This document shows, in pieces, positions 19,683-30,115 of a DNA stretch of 64,000 nucleotides (the first letter of the stretch is position 1; the number at the start of each line of letters is the position of its first letter). Made by a program: the position numbers and the translations under genes. The notes under the pieces are model-generated. The model worked only from the letters and a program-made list of their open reading frames with translations. It did not search any database and was not told where the DNA came from. Origin of the DNA: an uncultured delta proteobacterium (GTDB lineage Bacteria > Desulfobacterota > Binatia > UBA9968); assembly GCA_963745835.1 (NCBI GenBank), contig CAVUZH010000013.1, positions 160,001-224,000 of the forward strand, read 5' to 3'.

Positions 19683-21440
19683 ATGAAACCGATGAGTATG
19701 CCGGTCACTGCTCAACCAGCAATCGATCCAATCACCCTCGAAGTTATTCGCCACGGCATCATTTCCATTTGCGATCAGATCGACGCGAACATGACGCGCA
19801 CGGCATTTAGCCCCTATATCTACGAATACAAGGACTACGCCGTGGGATTTGTCGGCGCCGGCGGCGAACTATTGGCGCAATCCACCGGCGGCATGCCCGT
19901 ATTTGTCGCCGACTCAGTCGGTATGGCGGTAAAAGATGGTTTGGCGATCTATGGGCGCGACAATTTACAAAATGGCGACGTCATCGTCTGCAATCATGCG
20001 GCGGTGCAGGGGCAGCATCTTAACAATACGGTTATGTACACGCCGGTTTTCGCTGGCGCGCACAGCAAGGAGTTGATTGGTTTCTTCGCGGTTAACTGCC
20101 ACTGGATCGATATCGGCGGTTCGGCCATCGGTTCGGTATCGTACTCGTCCACCGACATCTTTATGGAAGGCTTACAGCTGCGCTCGATCAAGATCTGGTC
20201 CAAGGGCGAGCCCATGGAAGAGGTTTATCGCATCATTGAAAACAACACCCGCTTTCCCTTGGAGTTGCTGGGTGACATCGAAGCGCAACTGGGTGGCTGT
20301 CTATTGGGCCGCGATCTTACCCAGACGATGGCGGACAAAGTAGGCGCCGGCGTATTTCTGCACGCGCTCGATATCATTCTCGACCAGTGCGAAGCCGCCA
20401 CCAGGGCAAAGATTCGGGCCATCCCGGACGGCGTCTACCGACATGAAGCGTTCTTGGACAACGACGGCGTGCGCGATGAGAAGATTCCGATCAAAGTAAA
20501 AATCATCGTCGCCGGCGATGAGCTTACCATCGATTATTCCGAGATGTCGCCGCAGGTGCGGGGTTGTATCAATTCAGGATACTACGGCGGCGGCCGCACC
20601 ACGGCGCGGGTGGCGTTCAAGTATTTAATCGCCACCGACGAGCCCGCCAACGAGGGCACCTTCCGGCCGCTCAAGATGATTTTGCCCGAAGGAAAATTGA
20701 TCAGCGCCGAGCCGACCGCGGCGATGGGACTGTACAGCATTCCGTTTCCAACGATCATCGATTGCATTATCAAAGCGTTGGAACCGGCCTTGCCCGAGCG
20801 GGTGACCGGCGCTCACTTCGGCACTTTTTCGTCATTGAGTTTTTCCGGCAAACGCACTGACACCGGCGCTGTGTTCAAGGCGAACGACAGCGGACATGGC
20901 GGTTGGGGCGCGTGCGCGACACATGATGGCGCGGGACCCTTTCGCACCATGGCGCATGGCGACACGCGGTTGATTCCCATCGAGCTGCAAGAGTCGATGT
21001 ATCCGTACCGGGTCGAGGAGTTTTGTTTGCGGCAGGATTCAGGCGGGCCCGGCAAATGGCGCGGCGGCCTTGGATTCGACAAGCAGTATATTCTCCTTGC
21101 GCCCTGCGAACTGTGGGCAAACTTCGACCGCATCGGCTGCCCGCCATGGGGCGTGCAAGGCGCCAAAGCCGCGAAGTCCGGTCAGGTGTTGATCTTCAAA
21201 AACGGCAACCAGGAACCCGAGCGGCTTTACAAGACCGAGAATTGCCCGTTAGAAGCAGGCGATCGCGTGCGCATGTCCACCGGTGGGGGCGGCGGCTACG
21301 GCGACCCCGGCGAACGCCCCATCGAACGGGTCAAACAAGATGTTATCCGCGGCTTCGTTTCTCTCCAAAGCGCGCGCGACGATTACGGCGTCGCGATCGA
21401 TGCGAACGGGAGAGCGGCACGGATGAAAGCGGAAGGATGA
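19683..21440 (+). CDS. Hydantoinase B/oxoprolinase family protein
   Basis: IDPITLEVIRH, RTAFSPYIYEYKD, HWIDIGG, DSGGPGKWRGGLG, TGGGGGYGDP. Confidence 0.95.
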   Translation: MKPMSMPVTAQPAIDPITLEVIRHGIISICDQIDANMTRTAFSPYIYEYKDYAVGFVGAGGELLAQSTGGMPVFVADSVGMAVKDGLAIYGRDNLQNGDVIVCNHAAVQGQHLNNTVMYTPVFAGAHSKELIGFFAVNCHWIDIGGSAIGSVSYSSTDIFMEGLQLRSIKIWSKGEPMEEVYRIIENNTRFPLELLGDIEAQLGGCLLGRDLTQTMADKVGAGVFLHALDIILDQCEAATRAKIRAIPDGVYRHEAFLDNDGVRDEKIPIKVKIIVAGDELTIDYSEMSPQVRGCINSGYYGGGRTTARVAFKYLIATDEPANEGTFRPLKMILPEGKLISAEPTAAMGLYSIPFPTIIDCIIKALEPALPERVTGAHFGTFSSLSFSGKRTDTGAVFKANDSGHGGWGACATHDGAGPFRTMAHGDTRLIPIELQESMYPYRVEEFCLRQDSGGPGKWRGGLGFDKQYILLAPCELWANFDRIGCPPWGVQGAKAAKSGQVLIFKNGNQEPERLYKTENCPLEAGDRVRMSTGGGGGYGDPGERPIERVKQDVIRGFVSLQSARDDYGVAIDANGRAARMKAEG

Positions 21441-21602
21441 AAGCGGCAAACAGAAATAACAACGTTCGGCTTTCCATTTTCAGCTTTCGTGCTCTCATAC
21501 CGTGCCATCAAGAAGAAACGAACATTTGATCAAGCCAAAGGTAGAAGATTGCGTTGTTCTTCGACCGAGGCGTGATTTCCGCTTTCAGTTTTCAGCTTTC
21601 AT
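21421..21602. repeat. Short tandem heptamer-like repeats in inverted blocks
   Basis: GGATGAAAGCGGAA-GGATGAAAGCGG followed by TTCCGCTTTCAGTTTTCAGCTTTCAT. Confidence 0.7.
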
Positions 21603-21615
21603 ATTTGGAGATTAA

Positions 21616-23670
21616 ATGTCCTACGCCATCGCCGTCGATATCGGCGGCACGTTTACTGATTTAGTTGCTTTCGATCATCAAACTCAAAAAGTGACGTACG
21701 CCAAAAGCCCGACCAACTACGACAACTTGGTTGAAGGCATCCTCGATTGTTTCAATAAAGCCGCTATCAGGCCCGCGGAAGCTTCCCTGGTCAATCACGG
21801 CACGACCTTGGTGATTAATTCCTTGATACAACGTAAGGGCGCGAAGACCGCACTGGTGACCAGCAAAGGGTTTCGCGACATTCTGGAAATTGCCCGCGGC
21901 AACCGGCCCGATCCGTTCGATTTGCATTACCAGCGCGACGAGCCCTTGATTCCGCGGGAGCTTCGCCTGGAAGTTCCGGAGCGAATGAGCAGCAAAGGGG
22001 AAGTTATCACGCCCCTCGATTCAAAGACGCTGGAGAAACTTGCCGCCGAAATCAAGACGCTCGATATCGAGTCGCTGGCGATCTTCTTCATGAACTCGTA
22101 TATCAATCCGGCGCATGAGGAAGCCGCAGCCGCGAAGCTGAAAGAACTGTTGCCTGACACTTACGTGACCTTCAGCACTGATTTGACACGCGAGTGGTAC
22201 GAGTACGAGCGCTGTTCGACGGTCGCCGCCAACGCCTATGTCGGACCGCAAGTCAGCAGTTACATCGGACAACTCGATCAAGATCTCAAAAGTCAGGGCT
22301 TCAACGGCGCGCTCTTCATGATGGGCTCCAACGGCGGACTGCTGTCTGCCGAACGCACCTGCCGCCAACCCATTGGCTTGGTGGAATCCGGTCCCATCGG
22401 CGGTTGCATCGGCGCCAGCGCCTATGCGGAGAAGCTGGGCTTCAACAATGTCGTCGCCTTCGATATGGGCGGCACCACTGCCAAATGCGCTCTGGTTGAA
22501 AACGGCCGCTTTTCGGTCAATTCCGTTTACTACGCCAACGGCTATGTAAAAGGGTTCCCTATTAAATCGGCGGTCATCGATATCGTCGAAGTCGGCTCCG
22601 GCGGCGGCTCCATTGCTTGGATCGATTCGCAAAATCGCCTGCATGTCGGTCCGCAAAGCGCCGGCTCAACACCCGGTCCGGTCTGTTACGGCCGCGGCGG
22701 CACCGAGCCGACGGTCACGGATGCCAACTTAATTCTTGGGCGCTTGAACGCCGGCAACTTTCTCGGCGGCGAAATGGCGCTCGATGCAAAAGCCGCTGAG
22801 GCGGCGATCGAAGAGCGTGTCGCCAAGCCATTGGGGTACGCCGGACAAAGCGGCGCAATCCAGATGGCTGACGGCATTATCTCGATTGCGACGGTGATCA
22901 TGGCCGGCGCGATACGGAAGGTTTCCGTCGAGCATGGCCTCGACCCGCGCGATTTTATTCTCTTCAGCTATGGCGGCGGCGGACCGCTGCATGCTTGCGC
23001 CCTGGCGCATGAGCTTTACATACCGGAAGTAGTAATACCTCCGGAACCCGGAAACTTTTCCGCCATCGGTATGTTATTGGCCGATGCCCGTATCGATACA
23101 TCGAAAACTTTCGTTGGAATTTTAGACGATAAGACCATCACGACCATGGCGGAGATTTTCGCGGCCTTGGAAAAAGATGCGGCGGTGGCGCTTGCCGCTG
23201 AGTTTAGCAGCAGCGAAACATTTTTCGAACATCACGCCGAGATGCGCTTCCGCGGCCAACGACATAACATCAAGGTTCCGGTTTCGGGTCTTAAGGACGT
23301 TCAGCAGATCCGCGCCGCCTTCGAACGCGACTATAAGCGCCGCTATGGCCACGCTGACGCCAAAGCGCCGGCGGAATTTCAAGCGTTGCATCTCTCTGCC
23401 TTCGCAAGGTTGAAGCAACCGCAGATTGCTCGGCTACCCCGCGCGGCAATCAAAGCCCAGCCGGCGCAGAAGCGGCGCGTCTATATAGGAAGCGCCGGCG
23501 GCTGGGCCGATGCGCAGATTTATAGCCGCGATGCGCTGGAACCGGGCTTCAGCGGCACAGGCCCAGCGGTAATCGAAGAGTACGGCTCGACCACGCTGGT
23601 CTGGCCCGGCGATAACTTTGAGATTGGCGAACTGCATGAGATCAGAATCAAAATCAAAGCTGAAAGATGA
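21616..23670 (+). CDS. Hydantoinase A/oxoprolinase family protein
   Basis: AVDIGGTFTD, HGTT, ESGP, FDMGGTTAK, PGPVCYGRGG, PTVTDANL. Confidence 0.95.
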   Translation: MSYAIAVDIGGTFTDLVAFDHQTQKVTYAKSPTNYDNLVEGILDCFNKAAIRPAEASLVNHGTTLVINSLIQRKGAKTALVTSKGFRDILEIARGNRPDPFDLHYQRDEPLIPRELRLEVPERMSSKGEVITPLDSKTLEKLAAEIKTLDIESLAIFFMNSYINPAHEEAAAAKLKELLPDTYVTFSTDLTREWYEYERCSTVAANAYVGPQVSSYIGQLDQDLKSQGFNGALFMMGSNGGLLSAERTCRQPIGLVESGPIGGCIGASAYAEKLGFNNVVAFDMGGTTAKCALVENGRFSVNSVYYANGYVKGFPIKSAVIDIVEVGSGGGSIAWIDSQNRLHVGPQSAGSTPGPVCYGRGGTEPTVTDANLILGRLNAGNFLGGEMALDAKAAEAAIEERVAKPLGYAGQSGAIQMADGIISIATVIMAGAIRKVSVEHGLDPRDFILFSYGGGGPLHACALAHELYIPEVVIPPEPGNFSAIGMLLADARIDTSKTFVGILDDKTITTMAEIFAALEKDAAVALAAEFSSSETFFEHHAEMRFRGQRHNIKVPVSGLKDVQQIRAAFERDYKRRYGHADAKAPAEFQALHLSAFARLKQPQIARLPRAAIKAQPAQKRRVYIGSAGGWADAQIYSRDALEPGFSGTGPAVIEEYGSTTLVWPGDNFEIGELHEIRIKIKAER

Positions 23671-23733
23671 AAGCGGAAATGGCTCAAAAACGACCGGCTT
23701 TCTTTCAGCTTTCCGCTTTCAGCTTTCATCCTT
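23656..23733. repeat. Short tandem heptamer-like repeats in inverted blocks
   Basis: AAAGCTGAAAGATGAAAGCGGAAA followed by TTTCAGCTTTCCGCTTTCAGCTTTCATCC. Confidence 0.7.
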
Positions 23734-23750
23734 AAGCTCTTATCGGTGAT

Positions 23751-25466
23751 ATGCTGATGAAAGCAAAGGCAGAGCTCACAGCACCGCAGCCACCCGTCGA
23801 TCCCATCACCCTCGAAGTCATCCGTCACGGCATCGTTTCGATCACCGACCAAATCGACGCGAACATCGCCCGCACGGCCTTTAGCCCTTACATATACGAG
23901 TACAAAGATTTCGCCGTTGGGCTGGTAAGTGCGGATGGTGATCTCATCGCCCAATGCACCGGCGGTATGCCGGTCTTCGTTGCCGACTCGGTCGGCATGG
24001 CGGTGCGCGATGGCCTTGCCGTCTATGGCCGTGAACGCTTGCAGCATGGTGATGTGCTCTTGTGCAATCACGCGGCGATTCAAGGACAGCACTTGAACAA
24101 CACCGTTATGTATACGCCTATTTACGCCGGTGCCGGCAGTGGCAGCCTGATTGGCTTTTTCGCCATCAATGTCCATTGGATCGATATCGGCGGCGTCACG
24201 CCGCGCTCCAGCGATATTTTCATGGAAGGTTTGCAGTTGCGCTCGATCAAACTGTGGTCGGAGGGCGAACCGATTCAAGAGGTGTATCGGATCATCGAAA
24301 ACAACACGCGCTTTCCAGTGGAGCTTCTAGGCGACATCGCGGCGCAGCATGCAGGTTGTATTCTCGGTCGCGATCTAACGCAAAGCTTGGCCGAGAAGTA
24401 CGGCGTCGAGACTTTCTTAACAGTGGTAAAAGCCATGCTCGATCAGAGCGAAGCCGCGGCGCGTGAGCGCATCCGCCGCATACCGGACGGCCAATACAGC
24501 TATGAAACATTTTTCGATAATGACGGCGAAACCGATGATGCGCTGCCGATTCGAGTCAAAGTAATTATTGAAGGCGACGAGATCACCGTCGACTATTCGG
24601 GGATTGCCGAGCAGGTGCGCGGCTGCATCAATTCGGGATATTACGGCGGCGGGCGCACCACGGCGCGGGTTGCGTTCAAGTATCTAATCGCCAACGATGA
24701 GCCCGCCAACGAAGGCACTTTTCGGCCGCTCAAACTGATTCTTCCCGAGGGCAAAATCTTGAGCGCCCATCCAACGGCGCCGATGGGAAATTATTCGCAG
24801 CCGTTTCCAACGGTGATCGATGCGATTATCAAAGCTTTGGAGCATGCCCTGCCCGAGCGGGTCACCGGCGCGCATTTCGGAACTTTCTCGGGCGTACGTT
24901 TTCGTGGCAAGCGCGACAACGGCGCTCCGTTCGATTGTCATGACAGCGGTCACGGCGGCTGGGGCGCCTGCGCGACTCACGACGGCGCCGGCCCGTTTCG
25001 CACGATGGCGCACGGCGACACGCGCATCATTCCCGTGGAACTTCAGGAGTCAATGTATCCTTATCGCATCGTCGAGTTCTCACTACGTGAAAATTCGGGC
25101 GGGCCCGGCAGATTTCGCGGCGGCCTTGGCTATCGCAAACGATACGAAATCCTCGGCCACTGCGACCTCCAGGCGATGTTCGATCGGGTCAAGTATCCGC
25201 CATGGGGAGTGCATGGCGGCAAAGCAGGCCAATCAGGGCAGATCACCGTGATCAAAAAATCCGGCGATCAGGAAATCCTCTACAAGAGTAAAGCTTATCC
25301 GTTGGAACCTGGCGATTCGATCATCGTTGAGACCGGCGGCGGCGGCGGCTACGGCTCGCCCCATGAACGCAAGCGCGAATTGCTTGAACGCGATCTGCGG
25401 CGCGGTTATGTATCCGTAGAAGCCGCTCGGCGCGATTACGGAATTGCCATCGAGCGGACTCGCTAG
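23751..25466 (+). CDS. Hydantoinase B/oxoprolinase family protein (second paralog)
   Basis: Same motifs as 19683..21440, with long identical stretches. Confidence 0.95.
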   Translation: MLMKAKAELTAPQPPVDPITLEVIRHGIVSITDQIDANIARTAFSPYIYEYKDFAVGLVSADGDLIAQCTGGMPVFVADSVGMAVRDGLAVYGRERLQHGDVLLCNHAAIQGQHLNNTVMYTPIYAGAGSGSLIGFFAINVHWIDIGGVTPRSSDIFMEGLQLRSIKLWSEGEPIQEVYRIIENNTRFPVELLGDIAAQHAGCILGRDLTQSLAEKYGVETFLTVVKAMLDQSEAAARERIRRIPDGQYSYETFFDNDGETDDALPIRVKVIIEGDEITVDYSGIAEQVRGCINSGYYGGGRTTARVAFKYLIANDEPANEGTFRPLKLILPEGKILSAHPTAPMGNYSQPFPTVIDAIIKALEHALPERVTGAHFGTFSGVRFRGKRDNGAPFDCHDSGHGGWGACATHDGAGPFRTMAHGDTRIIPVELQESMYPYRIVEFSLRENSGGPGRFRGGLGYRKRYEILGHCDLQAMFDRVKYPPWGVHGGKAGQSGQITVIKKSGDQEILYKSKAYPLEPGDSIIVETGGGGGYGSPHERKRELLERDLRRGYVSVEAARRDYGIAIERTR

Positions 25467-25649
25467 TTCCGATCGACCCGCTGTCACCAATCAGGAATGA
25501 AACACCGAACCGATCGAATATCTTCAGCTCGCCGGTGCCCCGGTAACTACCGAGTAAGACGTGAACTTCCTCAGTTTGATCTCTTCGACCTTACCTTGCG
25601 CACCGACTGTCCACACAATCTCGGCTAAGCAGTGAATTAAGGATTCGCC

Positions 25650-26651
25650 ATGAAACGAGAAAGAATATCAACTAACTTGATTATGATTTCCTTCTTCAGC
25701 GGAACTTTATTACTGGTTAATTTCCATCGGACCGCGTCCGCCCAAGAACCGCCGACGAAAATACGCATTTCCAACTCCGCACTGAGCGTAACCGCTTTGC
25801 CGCTGGTCGCCGCGCGCGAATGGAACTTTTTTCGTGAACAGGGATTGCAGTCCGAGATCATCATGATGAACCCCGCGATTTCGAACCCGGCGATTGCGGC
25901 CGGCGAGATCGACTATGTCGCCGGCGTCGGGCCCGGCTCCGTGGCAGCTACTTTGGCGGGACTGCCGCTGCGAGCGGTGTGGTTTTCTTCCAATCGGATA
26001 TCCTATTTTGTAACGACTTCGCCGCAAAACAAGTCTCTTCAAGATCTAAAAGGAAAAAAAATCGGCATCACCGGCGGCATAGGCGGGACCAATCACGTCG
26101 CGTTGGTCGTCGCCCTCGAGAAGCTGGGATTCAATCCCAAGGATTTCATCATTCTGACGACGCCCACGCCCGAGCTGCTCCGGTCTTTGGAGTCGGGATT
26201 TGTCGACGCTGCCTCGCTCAATCCACCAACGGTGTTTTTTGCCCAGCGAAAGGGGTTTCACCGGGTGCTGGATATCGGCTCTTTAGTAGAGATGCCAGGC
26301 GGCGGTTTAACGACCTTGATCAAAACCATTACGAGCAAACCGGATGAAGTCAGAAAAGTGATTCGCGCACTGCAAACGGCTAAGGACGCAATCCGAAAAT
26401 CAAAAGATAAAACCCTCGAGCTCATGGTTCGTGCACTGAAGATGGATCGCGACATCGCCTCCTCGACTTACGATGTTTATCTCACCAGCCTGAGCATCGA
26501 TGGGGTGCCTGCGCGCGAAGGCATGAACAACCTGGTTCGGTCCGTCAAATCACAGGCACGCTTTGCCGACCGAAACGTATCCTTCGAAGAGGTCGCTGAC
26601 GACAGTCTGGCCAAGGAAGTGGCAAAGGAGCTTGGGTACAAAGTGAAGTAA
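25650..26651 (+). CDS. ABC transporter substrate-binding protein (NMT1/TauA-like)
   Basis: Third paralog (RISNS..TALPL..VEMPGGGLT..EVAKELGYK). Confidence 0.9.
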   Translation: MKRERISTNLIMISFFSGTLLLVNFHRTASAQEPPTKIRISNSALSVTALPLVAAREWNFFREQGLQSEIIMMNPAISNPAIAAGEIDYVAGVGPGSVAATLAGLPLRAVWFSSNRISYFVTTSPQNKSLQDLKGKKIGITGGIGGTNHVALVVALEKLGFNPKDFIILTTPTPELLRSLESGFVDAASLNPPTVFFAQRKGFHRVLDIGSLVEMPGGGLTTLIKTITSKPDEVRKVIRALQTAKDAIRKSKDKTLELMVRALKMDRDIASSTYDVYLTSLSIDGVPAREGMNNLVRSVKSQARFADRNVSFEEVADDSLAKEVAKELGYKVK

Positions 26652-27056
26652 TATGAGAATGATTACTGCACACGCTTTCCAAGCACGAGGACTCGCATCA
26701 GGAATGCCATCTTTCTAAGTACGTTTGCCTGCTCTGTTTAGTTTGAGCAGGCGCTAATACTCAGGGGATGAAGAAGATTCGCATAGGCTCTCGATGTATT
26801 GGCATTCGCAGGCCATAGCTTGGTTGCTAGAAGCGAAGGTTTTAATGAACATTCAGGCAATCCAAAGATTAGACGAGCACAACCGAAAACCACGATTTGG
26901 TTACACTTATGCCAAGATCAACGAGATCCATCAAGAACATTAAGGGCGAATAAGACCCGACCATACCCTTTCTTGTTACCTTTCCAAAGCGGAACCGGCA
27001 CAGTCCCCTTCCTTTTACCTTGACTCTGATCTCTCATTATCGATATAGCAGCGGCC

Positions 27057-27602
27057 ATGGCTGCTTATGAGGCGGGGCTAGCGTCTTTGATAGGAGGGTT
27101 AGTGGGCGGTTGGGTTGCTTACCTGTTCAGTCTCCGCAAGCTCATGGTCGAGCGGAAGAGTGAGTTCGTAAAACGACAGCTATCGGAACTGTATTCGCCA
27201 CTTGCCGCCACTCAAAAACACATCCGTGGTAAAAGCGCACTTCGATTTAAAATTTCCGGAGAGCTGGACAAGATGGAAGAAGGACCGGTTCGGTTTGAGG
27301 CGCGGAAGACTTCTGTCAGCTACAACAATAAGGAGCTCTCCGAAGAACTGATACCGCTCTATCAGAAAATGCTCGACGTTTTTACGGAGAAGTACTGGTT
27401 AGCCGATGCCGACACCCGTTCTTTCTACCAAGAGTTTTTGGAGTACGTTGAACTTTGGAAGCGGCCAATCCCGCCGGACATCGGTGAGGCTATCGGGCAC
27501 GATGAGAGCCAGCTTGAGGCCTTCTACCAACACCTAGAGATCAAATTAAGTGACCTCCAGAACCAGATCAAAGACGAATACTTTTGGCGACAGAACATCT
27601 AA
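27057..27602 (+). CDS. Hypothetical protein with N-terminal membrane anchor
   Basis: 181-aa ORF, one TM then a helical domain (QLSELYSPL). Confidence 0.7.
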   Translation: MAAYEAGLASLIGGLVGGWVAYLFSLRKLMVERKSEFVKRQLSELYSPLAATQKHIRGKSALRFKISGELDKMEEGPVRFEARKTSVSYNNKELSEELIPLYQKMLDVFTEKYWLADADTRSFYQEFLEYVELWKRPIPPDIGEAIGHDESQLEAFYQHLEIKLSDLQNQIKDEYFWRQNI

Positions 27603-27805
27603 ATGGAGGAGTATGTCATAGATTGTTCCGGTTGGACTAGGTTGCCGAATCTTCGCCAGTCGCCTGGTAAAACTGTGAAATAGATTTGGGCTTTTCCCGA
27701 CGATCACAATATTTTTTCTTGATGCCGGCACCCGCTCGCGATAATTTTGCGGCTGCTGTTTGACAGATTTTTCGAGCTATCGACGCGGCGAGACCGGGAG
27801 GCGAC

Positions 27806-28804
27806 ATGACTTTTACATTGAGCAAAATCGACACACTCTTGCTTGCGCTGGTGGCGTTTCTCTGCTCATTTTTCGCCACCCAACCAATTTTCGGCGCAGA
27901 CAAGATACGCATCGCCTATACTTCGCCGGGCCCACAGCATGGTGTTCTCTGGATCGGTGATGTCGCTGGAGTGTTTAAGAAAAACAATCTGGACCTCGAG
28001 ATCATTTACATGCCGGGAAACATCTCGATGGGATCGCTGATATCCGGCGAGCTCAATTTCGGGCAGATGACCGGCGCGCTCATGTCACCGGCCCGGCTGC
28101 AAGGAAGCGATGTCGTAATGCTGGTCAGCATCCAAGAGTTGCTTGACGATCGCTTGGTGGTCCGGCCCAACATCAAGACGCCGGAAGAGCTTAAGGGCAA
28201 ACGCATCGCGGTTTCCCGTTTTGGCGCCGCTTCGCATATGCGCGTGCTCAATATGTTGCCGCGCTTCGGCTTGACCGATAAAGACATTACCTTTTTGCAG
28301 ATCGGTGACACGCCGGCGCGGATCATCGCTATGGTGGGAAACTCAGCGGACGCATCGAGCTTCTCACCCCCCGATCATCTCGCCGCAGTTCAATCCGGCA
28401 TGCGGGTCCTGCTCAACATGGCCGAGCTGAACATTTATTATCAAGGCACCGGATTGGTGGCATCGCAGCGTTACATTGCGAAGAATCGCGACATCGCCAA
28501 GCGCATGGTGAAAAGCTATGTGGACACAATTCATATCGTGAAAACCAACCCGGAGCTGGCCAAGCGGGCATTCGTCAAATACCGCAAGACCAAAGACGAG
28601 AAGCAGCTGGAAGATGCCTATCAGACCTTGCTAGAAATCGTTAAACCCAAACCTTATCCCAACCTGGAATCGTTCAAGACCATCTTCAAAGATGTCAGCG
28701 ATCGGCTGCCGGCCGCCAGGACGGCAAATGCGAAGGAATTCGTTGACACGAGCTTTCTCGAAGAGCTGGATAAATCCGGGTATATCGACGGGCTCTACCG
28801 CTGA
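27806..28804 (+). CDS. ABC transporter substrate-binding protein (NMT1/TauA-like)
   Basis: GGGAGG RBS, ELKGKRIAVSRFG, FVDTSFLEELDKSGYIDGLY. Confidence 0.9.
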   Translation: MTFTLSKIDTLLLALVAFLCSFFATQPIFGADKIRIAYTSPGPQHGVLWIGDVAGVFKKNNLDLEIIYMPGNISMGSLISGELNFGQMTGALMSPARLQGSDVVMLVSIQELLDDRLVVRPNIKTPEELKGKRIAVSRFGAASHMRVLNMLPRFGLTDKDITFLQIGDTPARIIAMVGNSADASSFSPPDHLAAVQSGMRVLLNMAELNIYYQGTGLVASQRYIAKNRDIAKRMVKSYVDTIHIVKTNPELAKRAFVKYRKTKDEKQLEDAYQTLLEIVKPKPYPNLESFKTIFKDVSDRLPAARTANAKEFVDTSFLEELDKSGYIDGLYR

Positions 28805-28819
28805 GCTTGGCGCGAACGC

Positions 28820-28856
28820 AAAAAAGCCGCCGTGCATTTTACGCACGGCGGCTTTT
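28820..28856. terminator. Bidirectional intrinsic terminator
   Basis: AAAAAAGCCGCCGTGC-loop-GCACGGCGGCTTTT between convergent genes. Confidence 0.85.
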
Positions 28857-28873
28857 CGAAATACATCGTTTGT

Positions 28874-29929
28874 CTATTGACCCAGCAACTTTTTGATCCG
28901 CGCGATGATTTCAGGCGGCTGGTTCATCGCATCTTTGACGATTTTTTCCAGCTCTTCGCCCGGCGATGGATCGAGCTCGAACTTTCGTTTTTCCAACTCG
29001 GCTAGGAATTCCTTATCCTCCATCGTCTTGTTGAAAGCATCGCGCAAAATTTTCACGCGATCCGCCGGAACCCCCGGCGTGGCCAGCATCGGCCGGCCTA
29101 GCGCGCCGGATGCCAACATCACAGTGGCGAGACGCCGGCTCGCTTCCGGCGTTTTATACTTGTCCATGAGCTCCCATATGGTCTCGGTATCGGGCAGCTT
29201 GCTATCGCGCTTCTTGCCGGTTTGGATAATGTTGCGAACAAAACCCTTCTTGCGCCAGGTATGATAGGGCTCGCGTGAAAAAAACGCCTCAATGGTAAAA
29301 GCGCGGCACTGGATTTCGCCTCTCTCCACCGCCAAATCGATTTCCGGCCCCCCGGGATAACCCTGCACCAGGTTGAACTTTGTGCCGATCACTTCCTCAA
29401 ACAGCTTCGGCACGTAGTAGGCCGTGTCCGATGTTCCCTGCGCTCCGCAGCGTGGCGGTTCCTTGGCGTTGCGCACATCATCCATCGTTTTGTAGGGAGT
29501 GTCGGCGCGCATATACATCTGCAACTCTCCCTGCACCGGGGAACCGATCCAGACAAATTTGGCCCAATCGTATTGGGCTTCCTTGCGCCCGACCAGTTGG
29601 TCGAAATACAACGTCGGCACGATCGAACCGATTAAGCTCAAGCCATCCGGCTTGGTTGTTTTATAAACATAGTTCGCTGCGATCATATGGCCAGCGCCAG
29701 GCATATTCTGCACGATCACGTTCGGGTTGCCGGGAATGTGCTTGACCATATGGGTTGCGAGAATGCGTCCCCATTGATCATAGAGCGCACCCGCGGTCGT
29801 GCCGATGTATACGGTGATGGTTTTGCCTTTATAAAAATCACTCTGCGCCAATGCTGGAGCAGCCGATAACAAACTCGCGAGCAAGGCGCCGGCCAAGGAA
29901 GCCAAAACAGAACGCTTGACTGAATTCAT
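28874..29929 (-). CDS. Tripartite tricarboxylate transporter substrate-binding protein (Bug/TctC-like)
   Basis: FYKGKTI, HIPGNPNVIVQNMPGAG, KPDGL, PGVPADRVKILRDAF. Confidence 0.9.
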   Translation of the reverse strand: MNSVKRSVLASLAGALLASLLSAAPALAQSDFYKGKTITVYIGTTAGALYDQWGRILATHMVKHIPGNPNVIVQNMPGAGHMIAANYVYKTTKPDGLSLIGSIVPTLYFDQLVGRKEAQYDWAKFVWIGSPVQGELQMYMRADTPYKTMDDVRNAKEPPRCGAQGTSDTAYYVPKLFEEVIGTKFNLVQGYPGGPEIDLAVERGEIQCRAFTIEAFFSREPYHTWRKKGFVRNIIQTGKKRDSKLPDTETIWELMDKYKTPEASRRLATVMLASGALGRPMLATPGVPADRVKILRDAFNKTMEDKEFLAELEKRKFELDPSPGEELEKIVKDAMNQPPEIIARIKKLLGQ

Positions 29930-29960
29930 CGCAGATCCTCCTGAAGCGGAACTAACTAAC

Positions 29961-30115
29961 CTAACAGTTTGCTGAAAACTCTGGTTGCAGGCTGCTCAAA
30001 AAGATCCTAAGGCGAGGCGCGCGAGAAATCGACGAGCTAAGGCGTACTTAGAGTACGTTGCAGCGAGGCGATTGAGCGCAACGAAGCATATGGGTCCTTT
30101 TCAGCAGCCTGCTAA
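29961..30115 (+). mobile_element. ~155-bp MITE, copy B
   Basis: CTAACAGTTTGCTGAAAA...GCAGGCTGCTCAAAAAG...TTTTCAGCAGCCTGCTAA. Confidence 0.85.

Noticed and set aside
19489-19686. 65-aa ORF upstream of hydantoinase B
   Set aside because: It lies almost wholly within MITE copy A.
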